A DNA stretch of 64,000 nucleotides from a virus. Below, piece by piece: positions 10,141 through 19,865 of the stretch. Below the pieces are notes generated by a model. The model saw only the letters and a program-made list of their open reading frames with translations, was not told where the DNA came from and searched no databases. Made by a program: the position numbers and the translations under genes. The DNA lies in the IMG/VR virus record IMGVR_UViG_3300020601_000007, positions 1 to 64,000 of that record, one strand, 5' to 3'. Within the stretch, counting starts at the first letter, position 1. The number at the start of each line of letters is the position of its first letter.

Positions 10141-11235
10141 TCACGAGACATCAAGTTCTTCGGCCACTTCTTGGTGCTCGGTTGAAATGTCTTCACCGAG
10201 TCTTGCTTTCTGCGCAATAAAGGCGAGATACCATTCTCGCACTGCTTGTTTTTGTTGTTCATTCATTTCTTCACCATCTGGTGCTTTGGCCCAATCTCCT
10301 GCATTGAGGTCCCCCCCACACATGTGGGGGATGAACCTCTCGGTTTGGATAAAGGGCTTGAGGGCTTGGGGTGAGATGAAGGTTCTGACATAATTCGCCA
10401 GTTGATTCTCTGCTTTGAACACAGGGAAAACCACCTTTTCCGTTGCTTTTCTCAAGCACGCTCCACTCCAAGATTTTCCTTTGATTCCGATAACAGGCCG
10501 TCGTCCAGTGCTTCGGGCTGAATCGAACATCATTCCTCTGAGCGTTGTTTTCGCAACGCCAATAAAGACTACATCCTTTCCTTTTGCGCCTGCTCTTGTT
10601 AGGCAGCGCTTGAGGTCATTCGCAGATATTTGAATCACGTAGGACGTTTCTGTCGCAGCGTAAAATCTGGTTTTGACCTTTTTCGGGATGTAAATTGGTG
10701 CCATTTGCGGGCTGTAAAGCCCAATGCCAGAAGGCGCAAATGTAGCAAGAATGAATTTCTCCTTTTCCTTGAGAACCTGCTGGCGCAGGAAGGAATATGG
10801 GAGTTCAAATTGATAGTCGGTTTGGAAGAGTTCTCCGTAATCGACGATGACGTTTTCACCAACATAAGACGGTGTGCAGTCATGTGGCAGCATTTCGCTG
10901 CGCAGAATAAATGACGTTTCAGTTACGATAACATCAAGTGGTCCAGAGTCCTTCCGATAAGCGTGATAGGAGGTAGCAAAACTTGCCTTGAAAGGCAAGC
11001 CTGCTCCTACAATTTCGGGCTTGTTATCGACGAAAATGCTCTGGCTGTCTTGTCCGCCATGGAAGACAATTTTCTTTCCATCAAAATACACAGTCAGAGC
11101 GCGATGCCCAATACTGTGTCCGGATTTGTTATACATTCCGAGGGAAGAGAAAATTTGACTTGCCGTTTTTGACGGACGTATGATTGTGACGCCACTGTGT
11201 GGTCGGGCGTCATTCAAGGTGAGTTCTTTCACCAC
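10141..11235 (-). CDS. hypothetical protein (beta-rich; sliding-clamp-like fold possible but unverified)
   Basis: Motif GTG at 11235; 364 aa. Confidence 0.7.
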   Translation of the reverse strand: MVKELTLNDARPHSGVTIIRPSKTASQIFSSLGMYNKSGHSIGHRALTVYFDGKKIVFHGGQDSQSIFVDNKPEIVGAGLPFKASFATSYHAYRKDSGPLDVIVTETSFILRSEMLPHDCTPSYVGENVIVDYGELFQTDYQFELPYSFLRQQVLKEKEKFILATFAPSGIGLYSPQMAPIYIPKKVKTRFYAATETSYVIQISANDLKRCLTRAGAKGKDVVFIGVAKTTLRGMMFDSARSTGRRPVIGIKGKSWSGACLRKATEKVVFPVFKAENQLANYVRTFISPQALKPFIQTERFIPHMCGGDLNAGDWAKAPDGEEMNEQQKQAVREWYLAFIAQKARLGEDISTEHQEVAEELDVS

Positions 11236-11246
11236 GATTGAGAAGG

Positions 11247-11435
11247 TCAAGCCCTCCCGTTGTGCATGTCCTCGACACGCTTCTGAACTTCGTCAACGCT
11301 TGTTGCGATGAAGAAGGATTCCAGCCGTTCAAGGACTTCAGCAATACGCTGAGTGCTCTCAGCAATTGATTGAATGGAGTTTTCCATGCGTATGATTCGT
11401 CTCATGGTATCCAGTTCGATTTGTGTGTGTGACAC
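11247..11435 (-). CDS. small coiled-coil protein
   Basis: Variant motif CACTC-GTG at 11435 after a GCGCA-CC-TGCGC hairpin. Confidence 0.55.
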   Translation of the reverse strand: MSHTQIELDTMRRIIRMENSIQSIAESTQRIAEVLERLESFFIATSVDEVQKRVEDMHNGRA

Positions 11436-11447
11436 GAGTGCGCAGGT

Positions 11448-11484
11448 GCGCAAAAGAAAAAACCGACGGCGAAAGCCGTCGGCA
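11448..11484 (-). terminator. hairpin plus U-tract terminator-like element
   Basis: CCGACGGC-TTTC-GCCGTCGG followed by TTTTTTCTTTTGCG; same tail at about 19700, 21905 and 30240. Confidence 0.6.
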
Positions 11485-11521
11485 AATGACGATTGGAAGC
11501 AAATGCTTCCCAAAATCAAGT

Positions 11522-11908
11522 CTATCTCTGTTCTTTGAGATGCTCGAGGTAAGGAATCATGTTGTTAAGCACTTCAATCTGGGTCTTCAAAGCATCATTC
11601 TCAAGTTTCAAATTGGACATTTTGCCTTCCAGAAGCGTGAGTTTTCGTTGACGTTGTCTTGACTGTTCAGCGACAGCCTTGAGTTGAATTTCCAAGTGTT
11701 CCTTTTCGCTTCTGACTCTGAGAAGAGATGCTTCCAGTGCCGTATTTGTATCGTGTTCCTCTTCGAGCAAAGCGTTCTTGAGCAATATCTGCTTCTTCAC
11801 TTCGTTTTCGAGGCCAACAATGACCTCCTCGAGTTGCTTGATTTTTTCTTCTTTTGAAATTTTTACAGAGATTGAATCTCTGTTAGCGAGTCTTTCAATG
11901 AATCTCAC
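11522..11908 (-). CDS. coiled-coil protein
   Basis: Motif GTG at 11908; heptad-rich. Confidence 0.7.
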   Translation of the reverse strand: MRFIERLANRDSISVKISKEEKIKQLEEVIVGLENEVKKQILLKNALLEEEHDTNTALEASLLRVRSEKEHLEIQLKAVAEQSRQRQRKLTLLEGKMSNLKLENDALKTQIEVLNNMIPYLEHLKEQR

Positions 11909-11955
11909 GATTGCACCGTCACCAACGAATCCGGAGTTCGTCCGGGTCGTCGTAT

Positions 11956-12510
11956 TCACAGGTGCGTATTTCTGAAAAGGGCTGTATCAATGACAGGGGT
12001 TTCATCAGTTTGGGGGTGGTGAAATCCCCAGCCCCACTTTCCCCTCTTATCGCATACCGGTTCAGGTCCCGACGGCATAGGTCGAGCCCATTGGGGGTCC
12101 TCTGCGAGTAGGCGATTTCTGAATGCTTCAATCTTCGCTTGCAGGTCTTCTGCATTTTGCTCAGAAAGCATCCCAATCACCTGTCGCATGCACTGTTGTT
12201 GGTCAACAATCAGGGCATAGAGGCGGTATTGGTCTTTTCTTAGGGCAGCGTGGTCGTCTTTGAGCGCGTTGTATTTTGCACTCACGGCACGAAGAAAGGT
12301 TTCCTTGGTTTCCAGTTCCTTTCCGATTACCTGACAATGAGCCATCAGTTCAGTTTTGTCCCTCTGCAACTTCGCTAAAGCGTCATTGGACTGCTTCAAT
12401 TTCTCGCACGTTGAGTCGTGGACACTTTGAAGAGCCTTGAGTTGCTCACTGAGAGGGATGATTGTGCGTGGGGTATTTCCCACGTTGAGTCGATTCATAA
12501 AGGTCGACAC
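11956..12510 (-). CDS. coiled-coil protein; N-terminus shared with ORF 23440..23958
   Basis: Motif GTG; MSTFMNRLNVG. Confidence 0.7.
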   Translation of the reverse strand: MSTFMNRLNVGNTPRTIIPLSEQLKALQSVHDSTCEKLKQSNDALAKLQRDKTELMAHCQVIGKELETKETFLRAVSAKYNALKDDHAALRKDQYRLYALIVDQQQCMRQVIGMLSEQNAEDLQAKIEAFRNRLLAEDPQWARPMPSGPEPVCDKRGKWGWGFHHPQTDETPVIDTALFRNTHL

Positions 12511-12519
12511 GAATGACCC

Positions 12520-13026
12520 TCATTCTGAGGAGTCTTGAGGCATGCGGAGCAGTGATGCTCCTTTCCTTGTGTTGGTTATGGTCCGCTTCAATTCTGCGTT
12601 TTCCGCTTGAAGTTCGTTGTATTGTTCTGCCAGTTTTTCAAAAGCAGTGCCTTTGTCTGGTTCCATGAAGCGCAGTTCTGTCGGCAGGTCTCCTGCTTTC
12701 AATATCGCTTCCATTTTCTCGTCTTTTTCTTCAAGTTGGAATTTGAGTTGTTCAACCTCGGCCTTGGTAGCCATCAGTTGAGACTCAACCTTCATCATCT
12801 CGAAGCGAGGGACCATTTTTTGGAACTCGACCCCGTATTCAATAACAGATTCGAGTTGTTTGATTTTTGATTCCAGTTCGCTGATTTGCGCACCTTGGTC
12901 GACTATCCGCATTTTGTTCTTTGCGGCTTCGTCATACAGTCTCGTGCGTTCTTTGCGTGAAATCTCAACCATTTCGTTTTCATCATCGGAATGGTTAATT
13001 GGGGATATGAGAACTTTTCTCTTCAC
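12520..13026 (-). CDS. coiled-coil protein
   Basis: Variant CATTCG-GTG at 13026 after the GTCTC-AATTGA-GAGAC hairpin that holds the upstream stop. Confidence 0.65.
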   Translation of the reverse strand: MKRKVLISPINHSDDENEMVEISRKERTRLYDEAAKNKMRIVDQGAQISELESKIKQLESVIEYGVEFQKMVPRFEMMKVESQLMATKAEVEQLKFQLEEKDEKMEAILKAGDLPTELRFMEPDKGTAFEKLAEQYNELQAENAELKRTITNTRKGASLLRMPQDSSE

Positions 13027-13036
13027 CGAATGTCTC

Positions 13037-13735
13037 TCAATTGAGACGGTAAATGTAGAACGTGTGCGTTCCAATTTGAACTTCATGCTCCTCGTGGTCG
13101 TAACTTGCGACGAAATTTCCTCGTCCATCAGCGCCAATTGCTGCTTCGACGAATGAGTTCAACCCACAGGTTGATTCAATCAGTCGCCGAACAGCGTCAT
13201 TTGCGCTTTCACACTGCGGTTGCAGTGCAGAAAAGACCTCTTCAGGTAGGCTTGTCTGGCCCGCAAGAAAAGAAGTGTTGAAGGCCCAGAGCGATTCACG
13301 AATGTATTCGCTCGCTCGGGCATCTGCTTCTTCATCAGTGCAGACCAGCCAGTCTGAGTGCTCGTCACCGCTAAAGTCATCAGTCACGTATTCGATGTCT
13401 TCACCAGCGACGTTGAAGTCGTAATGCAGCCGAATCCTATCGGAGGATGAAATCCTGTGGATGTCGATTCGGTATTGACCGCCACTCGAAAAGTGAGTAG
13501 CGAGGGCATAGCCTCGGGCAAAACCAAGGCCGACACTTTCATGTCCTGAAAGTTCACGTTGCATTTGTGTTATGATTGGGAGAGGACTCAGGATACATGT
13601 TCGACCGAACATTCGTGGATTCGAGCCTTCACTTTCTGCACTGACACTTTCCGGGTCAGTGAAAAGGCTGTATCTCTTCTCTCTCTCCTCTACGGACTCT
13701 TTTGGTGGTCCGTTGAGTCGCGTTTCAAACGACAC
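13037..13735 (-). CDS. hypothetical protein
   Basis: Motif GTG at 13735. Confidence 0.7.
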   Translation of the reverse strand: MSFETRLNGPPKESVEEREKRYSLFTDPESVSAESEGSNPRMFGRTCILSPLPIITQMQRELSGHESVGLGFARGYALATHFSSGGQYRIDIHRISSSDRIRLHYDFNVAGEDIEYVTDDFSGDEHSDWLVCTDEEADARASEYIRESLWAFNTSFLAGQTSLPEEVFSALQPQCESANDAVRRLIESTCGLNSFVEAAIGADGRGNFVASYDHEEHEVQIGTHTFYIYRLN

Positions 13736-13742
13736 GATTGGC

Positions 13743-13988
13743 TCAGAGGAAACTTGTTGTTCCAATGGCCACCAAGCCCTCTTCTTCGTTGTTGGCGATG
13801 ACGAGGGCGAGGTCTGGTGCCACACGGAACAAGAAACGTTCGTTTGTTCCGCCGTCAAGCACCGTTCCTTCCAAGCAAAACCCCGGTGAGAGGTCGCTTG
13901 AGAATTCTTCGATTTCAAGTGAGTTTCGTCGCATGGCTTGAGCCACTCGAGGTTTGACTCTCACTTTCTTGATGGTGATGTTCACCAC
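13743..13988 (-). CDS. hypothetical protein
   Basis: Motif GTG start. Confidence 0.65.
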   Translation of the reverse strand: MVNITIKKVRVKPRVAQAMRRNSLEIEEFSSDLSPGFCLEGTVLDGGTNERFLFRVAPDLALVIANNEEEGLVAIGTTSFL

Positions 13989-13997
13989 GATTGGGCC

Positions 13998-14936
13998 TCA
14001 GTAGGCCCGTAGGATGTCCAGCGAAGGAAGCACTGCTTCCTGACTGAGACAAAGTAGGGTCGGGTTGTCCCCTTCCCCAACGACAAAGTCGCCATTGGAG
14101 TTCGCAGCAGCAGCACGCATGAGTTTCTGAACAACTTCCGTTGCCATCTCACGCTCACTCTCAGTAGCCTCGACGGACTCAATGAGAGCATTGGTGTCGG
14201 CGGTTGAATTCGCCTCAATTGCTGACTTCATGGCATCATAGATGCCGCTGAACATTTCTCCGATAGGGCGACCCTTCGGTTTCTTTGGTGTGTTGAGTTT
14301 CGGTGAGCCTCCGCCTGAGCCCTTCGGTTTCTTGGCTCCTTTCGGAACTTTGATTGTTCGGGGCTTCTGAGCGTAAGGAACTGAATCCTTCTTGGCTTCT
14401 GCTTCGGCAGCCTTCTTGGCAGCGATACGTTCACGCATTCGTTCTCCAGCAGCCTTACGCTTCTCTGGGGTCCAGCCTGCGGTGCTTCGCTTCTTGGGCT
14501 TTGCCTTGGGCTTTGCTTCCTCGGGTTTCTGCTCTTCCGTTTGCTTGCTCTTTGGTTTTGTCGACCAAGGCTTTTCAGCACGGATTGCTTTCATCCTTTC
14601 AGACGCTGCCTTTCGCCTTTCCGGCGTCCAGCCAGATGCTTTGGGCTTCACTTTTTCTTCTTGTGCCTTCGATACAGGCACTTTCAACACGGGCTCCTCT
14701 TTCTGAGGGGCAGTTTGATTTGACGAGTCATCAACAGAAGAAGGCTTCTTGAAAATTCCAGACTCAAACAACAACATGTGCTTGAGGTGGTCCAGATATT
14801 CCTTCTCGGTATCGAACTCGTATGTCACGGTGTAACGTGGCACGGTTGCAGGTCTTACGTTGGCGTTTCTCCTATTTAATCGGGATGAAATCCCATTTTG
14901 GTGAGCATTTGCCCGGATGGGCAAGCCAGTGCTCAA
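13998..14936 (-). CDS. Lys-rich, probably nucleic-acid-binding protein with duplicated GWTPE(R/K)RKAA(S/G)ERM motif
   Basis: Two internal repeats; very basic; start uncertain. Confidence 0.65.
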   Translation of the reverse strand: MSTGLPIRANAHQNGISSRLNRRNANVRPATVPRYTVTYEFDTEKEYLDHLKHMLLFESGIFKKPSSVDDSSNQTAPQKEEPVLKVPVSKAQEEKVKPKASGWTPERRKAASERMKAIRAEKPWSTKPKSKQTEEQKPEEAKPKAKPKKRSTAGWTPEKRKAAGERMRERIAAKKAAEAEAKKDSVPYAQKPRTIKVPKGAKKPKGSGGGSPKLNTPKKPKGRPIGEMFSGIYDAMKSAIEANSTADTNALIESVEATESEREMATEVVQKLMRAAAANSNGDFVVGEGDNPTLLCLSQEAVLPSLDILRAY

Positions 14937-15017
14937 GGCTGGACGCTTTGTCTGGGTTATTGGTTCAATAACCCGTCTCGAGAACGTCGTCGCCAGTCCC
15001 GCCTGCTTACGATTGGC

Positions 15018-15710
15018 TCACCCATACATTGGGTTGTAGCCGTTGGTTTTGTCTTTGGATTTGTCTTCTGAGGAGACCTTTTCGTCGTTGCTGAGCACTT
15101 GGTTCTCGTCGATTTTGAATTCGACGAGGGGCCCGCTATTGTCGAAACCTCGAATTTTGACATTCAGGGCGTTGACATCAATGGGGCGTAGTGAATGCCG
15201 CCCCATTTCTTGGACGACAAAACTGCCAGCAGCGGAAAGCACTTCCTCAACGAAACGTTCCATTTCGTTGAGTGCATCCGTCAGATTTTCCTTGACATAT
15301 TGGAAGGCTTCATCGGATTGAGGCGAATGTTTGTTGCGAACTTCTGCTTGTCGTAGCAGAACCTTCCCGATAGCGTTCTTCATTTTCGGGGTGTTCACAA
15401 AGTCGACAGCAGGATTGAATTCACCTGCTTCCATTTTTTGCTTCATTTCATTCCGGATGTTGTCATCCTCATTCCATGCTTTACGAAGGAGTTCCATTGA
15501 CTCCTGAAAGAGCACGTCGAAACCAGCAACAACATCTCGGCTCGTGGTCCCACGAATGTCTCGTATCAGGACCCACGGTAGTCTTCGTTTTTGCGTGGTT
15601 TCGAGGTAGTCGTCTCCCTCTTTTTCATACACATGGTAAATTGCCAGAGCAGTCAACATCTCGGCGAAGTTGAGTGTCTCTGGTGTTCGTCCATTCCAGA
15701 TGGCTCGCAC
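15018..15710 (-). CDS. hypothetical protein
   Basis: Motif GTG start after a GAC-GAAA-GTC hairpin. Confidence 0.75.
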   Translation of the reverse strand: MRAIWNGRTPETLNFAEMLTALAIYHVYEKEGDDYLETTQKRRLPWVLIRDIRGTTSRDVVAGFDVLFQESMELLRKAWNEDDNIRNEMKQKMEAGEFNPAVDFVNTPKMKNAIGKVLLRQAEVRNKHSPQSDEAFQYVKENLTDALNEMERFVEEVLSAAGSFVVQEMGRHSLRPIDVNALNVKIRGFDNSGPLVEFKIDENQVLSNDEKVSSEDKSKDKTNGYNPMYG

Positions 15711-15799
15711 GATTGACTTTCGTCATTGGTAAAAAGGAAAGGGGAGCAACGCTCCCAGCAGGTTCCTTGAACGAATGCCCCGAAGGGCGGTAGACGTTA

Positions 15800-17503
15800 T
15801 CAGATTCGACTGAAATCCCTTGGCACAGCCTTTGCCTTGTCGGCGTTAGGACGTGCACTTGCTGGAATCAGCCGCTTTGCCATGGCTTCCTCTCGGAGGG
15901 CCTCAATGGTCTTTTGGTCCGCTGCCGGACCGACCATCTCAAGGGCCTCTACGAGTTCGTCCATTGTTGGCTCACGTTCCCCGTCAGCAAATGAAACTGC
16001 ACAGGCCTTTCGGACTGCCGCTTCGATGCCACGACCGTTGAAGTCCTCGGTTTGTGCAGCCAAGGCTTCGATGTCGAAGTTATCGGGGTTTTCTTTGAGT
16101 TCGGTCAATTTGAGTTTGAAAATTTCGGCTCGTGCCTCTTCGGTTGGTAGGTCGAAGAAGAACTTGTCTTCAAACCGGTCGAGGAGTTCTCGCGGTAGTT
16201 TGTCCATGTGGTTGCATGTAAAGACGAAATACACGCCATCCGTGTTCTCCTGCATGAAAGTCAGGAGAAGGGACAGCACGCCTTGGGAGGCGCCGCCGTC
16301 TCGGGCAGCGTCTGTCGTCGCAAACAATTTTTCCGCTTCATCCACGAGGACGATACAGGGAGCACCCGCAACAAACTGTTTCAGTTGGTTGCGGAATAAA
16401 TTCTCTGAACCGCCCACCAGTTCGTTCTTCATGTGGTTGGCTTGCATGAGATACAGTTGCATGTTCATGCTGTTGGCCATGGCTTTCGCAATCATGGTTT
16501 TGCCGGTTCCGTGAAGACCGTGGAAGATGGTGCCCATGGGAGGGCGTCCGAACTTTTCAATCGCATTTGGTTTGAACCTTTGCGCATTGACTTGCACGAT
16601 GCGCTTGACATTGTCAAGACCACCGAGGTCGTCAAACGTCACTTCGGTTTTCAGGATGTTCATTCCCTTTGCCTTCATGATGTTGGTCCGTTCGTTGTTG
16701 AGCCATTCTGGCGAGAACGTTCCCGTGCTGCCAAGACTCATCAACAAGTTGTTTTCCGTCTCAAATGACGTGAAACCTGAACATGCTCGTGCTACAACCT
16801 CAATTTCCTCTTGGGTCAGTTGGGCTGGTAGTTGATAATCCGAAAATTGGTCGGGGTCGTTTTTGAACGTCTCGACGTATCGGGTAACCATTTGAGTGCG
16901 GTCAGTCAAGGTAGGGAGCGGCAGGTCGATAACTCGAATCAACTGCTCCAACTCGACTGGAATTTTCCACGCCTCAGGGCTAAGCATGATAACGGTTTTT
17001 GGTTGACCCGAATCGCAGATGTCTCGAAGGAGAACTTTCTGCGCGTCAAGGGTCGTCGGTTCTTTCGGCATAGGAGCCGAACCGATGAAATTTTGCCAGT
17101 CACATAGGACAAAATTTACACCTCCAGATTGGGCTTTGGGGTCGTAGTCTCGGATGAACGAGAAAATCTCGTCGTAATCGTCGACAGCGACGTCTTCGCC
17201 TTCGATTGGGCGACACATGAGCGAGCGCTCATCGTCTTCGTCCAACTCTTCTACTGGGACATACGCTCCGTCCTCGTCATCGGCGAACAGTCCATATCGG
17301 CGGAAGCCGGTGGATTGATGCCAAACGTAGGTTTTGCGTGCGTTTCCAGAGTCTCTGTTGAGAGTGGGTGCTTTTCGCACTGCGAAGTCGCAGATTTCTT
17401 TAATCGCCTCTTTTTCTTCTGGGGTGCTGAATGCGACACCGGCCATGGCTGCTGAAGCGCATTCCATAAGGGCGGTGTCCAAGATGTCTTTAAATGTAGA
17501 CAC
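15800..17503 (-). CDS. Ycf46-like AAA+ ATPase
   Basis: FDDLGGL, Walker A GLHGTGKT, Walker B IVLVDEAEK, LLDRF...FFFDLP; degenerate N-terminal AAA-like domain. Confidence 0.85.
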   Translation of the reverse strand: MSTFKDILDTALMECASAAMAGVAFSTPEEKEAIKEICDFAVRKAPTLNRDSGNARKTYVWHQSTGFRRYGLFADDEDGAYVPVEELDEDDERSLMCRPIEGEDVAVDDYDEIFSFIRDYDPKAQSGGVNFVLCDWQNFIGSAPMPKEPTTLDAQKVLLRDICDSGQPKTVIMLSPEAWKIPVELEQLIRVIDLPLPTLTDRTQMVTRYVETFKNDPDQFSDYQLPAQLTQEEIEVVARACSGFTSFETENNLLMSLGSTGTFSPEWLNNERTNIMKAKGMNILKTEVTFDDLGGLDNVKRIVQVNAQRFKPNAIEKFGRPPMGTIFHGLHGTGKTMIAKAMANSMNMQLYLMQANHMKNELVGGSENLFRNQLKQFVAGAPCIVLVDEAEKLFATTDAARDGGASQGVLSLLLTFMQENTDGVYFVFTCNHMDKLPRELLDRFEDKFFFDLPTEEARAEIFKLKLTELKENPDNFDIEALAAQTEDFNGRGIEAAVRKACAVSFADGEREPTMDELVEALEMVGPAADQKTIEALREEAMAKRLIPASARPNADKAKAVPRDFSRI

Positions 17504-19007
17504 GATTGACTTTACGGGTGGGATTGAGGCAGAAGCGCAAGGGTAAGACGCCTCAGGTCGGGGATGGACCCTTAACCCGGAGGTTGCTCACCCCACCTGC
17601 TTTCATTTTGCATTCTCAGGTAGGTGTTCGTGTCTAAGCGCATAGGCCTGCTTTGCCTGAAAATCAGGAAATAGCAGGGTAATTTTGTGCTCAGTAATCA
17701 CAGACTCTTCGATTCCAAGGAGCATCCGGTAGCGTAGGCTACTTTTCGCACAGATGCAACAGTAATGTCCGTTGCAGCCGTATCCTGATAGATTCTGGTG
17801 AAAAACCGGAATGAACAGTCGATTCATTTCTTGTCTTTCCAGATTTAAATCAGGAAGTCTTTCCTTTTCAGGTTAGAAGTTTGAGATTTGTATTCTTTTG
17901 AATGCAATATTTGGTCGGTTTCTGATGATTCAGAACCACCTCAACCAGATATTGACTGAGTTGTGATTTTTGTCTTGAGCAGTTGTTGTTCTGCTGCCCA
18001 GTCCATTTCGCCGCTCTTCTGGAGTTCCACACGTGTGGTATCCAGTTTTGGTTCACTTTTCAGGCGGAATGTTCGTTCGTAGTGTTCCTGAACACATTTT
18101 CCATCGTCTCTGGCCTTCAGTGCTCTGGAGACAGGTGTGTTCAGATTCTTGTTGACAGTTGAGGAGAAATTTGCCAGTTGGCGTCTTCTACTCCTTTTTC
18201 TTTCGCATCACTCCTGTGATGGATGTTCTGTCTGTTGATTGGGAATTTCCTTGTTCTTTTCCTCCGCATGCGCCCTTTGTCCAGACGCTAATGTTTCCTC
18301 TTCCCCAGTGTGGGAAGTTTCATCCATTTGTTTCAGATTCTGATTACGAGATTTCGTCAATTTCTGAATTACTTCATCCGTCGGCGAATTCGTGGTCTCG
18401 GTGGTTTCCATGGATTCCATGGGTCCCCTGAGGTTCAAGTTCTTTTCCCTTTTACGATACAAATGTCCGTTGTGTTTGTGCGCCGTGCAATTTTCGGTAA
18501 TTAACCGTCTCTGACATGTTTGATGGAAGTCAGTGGTCGTGTGTTCCGAAATGGTCTGCTTCAGATTTACCATCGTGAGTGGTAATTCTTCGATGCATGC
18601 AGCGGGCGTCAACTCAGTTTTTCCAATATTCCTCCTTTCACGGACGTTGCACCTGCTTTTGGCAGGATTTATCTCGTGAATCAGGTAGACCCGGGAACTT
18701 ATCCCAGCATTTCGCCGAGGAACTCGAGTCGTATTGGTAGTTGAACTTCCACAATTTTTCGATGAATAAATCGTCGATATTTGCGGATGTATTTGTTTGG
18801 TGTCGGTGGTGGGCGGTGGCCGCAATAGGCTCTCGCACGCTCAGCGTGCATGCTCCTTTTCTGCGTCCTTTTTGCCGTCCGTCCTTTTGCGTCCCGCAGC
18901 GCGCTGAGCGTGCGAGAGCATTTTTATCCGTCATTGGGGGACGGTTGTCCCCCTCAGTGGCAGTTTCCTGCCAATCCCGAATGGGCGGTTGTAGCGCCCG
19001 GTGAGCA

Positions 19008-19223
19008 TCACCCGTGCCGGAGAGTCTGTCCAGTCCCCTTGCCGCCTTCATAGCGTTCAGAGGTGTGTTTGGACTCGCCCTTGCCGAGTTTCTTGCTCAG
19101 TTTCTTGAATATGTCGTCAGTCACTGTTTCACATTTGATGCCCTTGAGCCCATCTGTTTTCAGTTCCACTCGCCCATCAGGGTAGTAGCGGATGACAACT
19201 GTTTCTTTTTGCTTTTTCTTCAT
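19008..19223 (-). CDS. DUF2997 family protein
   Basis: IRYYPDGRVELKTDGLKGIKC...TSERY pattern; next to DUF1257. Confidence 0.75.
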   Translation of the reverse strand: MKKKQKETVVIRYYPDGRVELKTDGLKGIKCETVTDDIFKKLSKKLGKGESKHTSERYEGGKGTGQTLRHG

Positions 19224-19688
19224 TCAGAACCCTCCTTTGGAGAACGTCGCTTCGTAGCAGGTGTTTCCTTCTTCGTCGACGACTTTCTTCAGTGTGTGCT
19301 TCTTGAAGCCCTTCTTTTTCAATCCATGCTTCACAAATGCGTGGTTGGTCTTTTGCAGAACAGCAGATACCACGGTAGCGCGGCTGGTGTTTTCGATGTC
19401 GGCTTCTTGGATTTGCTTTCGGTTGTGTCCGACCGCATACCAATCTGCTACGACTTCGTAGTTACCAGTTTCTGTGTTTGCTTCAAAGCCGATGTCACCA
19501 GAATTGCCAAGCCGGACAACAATGTCCGCCTGCATCTGGCGTCCGCTTCGTTCACCACGAACGGGCAGTTTCTCGCCCTCATTCGCTACGAGGACGCATT
19601 GGTCCCCAAACATTTCCTGAAGGGCCTCAATGAGGTGTTCCTTCTTCCACACTTCAAGTGTGGTGGGTGTCTTTCTAACAACTGACAC
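19224..19688 (-). CDS. DUF1257 (Ycf35-like) protein
   Basis: LIEALQEM...ADIVV...DIGF...YEVVADWY; motif GTG at 19688. Confidence 0.75.
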   Translation of the reverse strand: MSVVRKTPTTLEVWKKEHLIEALQEMFGDQCVLVANEGEKLPVRGERSGRQMQADIVVRLGNSGDIGFEANTETGNYEVVADWYAVGHNRKQIQEADIENTSRATVVSAVLQKTNHAFVKHGLKKKGFKKHTLKKVVDEEGNTCYEATFSKGGF

Positions 19689-19698
19689 GATTGACTTT

Positions 19699-19737
19699 CG
19701 CGCAAAAGAAAAACCGACAGCAGGGTATGCCGTCGGC
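19699..19737 (-). terminator. hairpin plus TTTTTCTTTTGCG terminator-like element
   Basis: CCGACGGCA...TGCTGTCGG stem followed by a U-tract. Confidence 0.55.
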
Positions 19738-19768
19738 GTTTTCTTTGTTCGTAGGTCGTGTAACGGTT

Positions 19769-19842
19769 GCCCCGTAGGGCGGAAAAGGCCGCTCAAGCAG
19801 CCTTGGCTGCAAGAGAAGCGTTGTTCAGCACAGAGTGCTGGA
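19769..19842 (-). ncRNA. structured repeat B, copy 1 of 7 (others ~22901, 25571, 26196, 27072, 27641, 28387)
   Basis: Three hairpins: stem with UCU loop, GCAGCC-AA-GGCUGC, GCCC-UACG-GGGC; covariation between copies. Confidence 0.65.
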
Positions 19843-19865
19843 AGCCGACAGGGGTCGGGGCGTTC

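Noticed and set aside
18208-18825. 205-aa ORF in the non-coding island
   Set aside because: Composition reflects strand skew; no junction motif or recognisable domain; not excluded but unsupported
19793-19830. tmRNA-tag-like reading NNASLAAKAA* inside repeat B
   Set aside because: The AAKAA codons are just the palindromic stem; the compensatory copy would encode AVKTA; no tRNA-like domain is present
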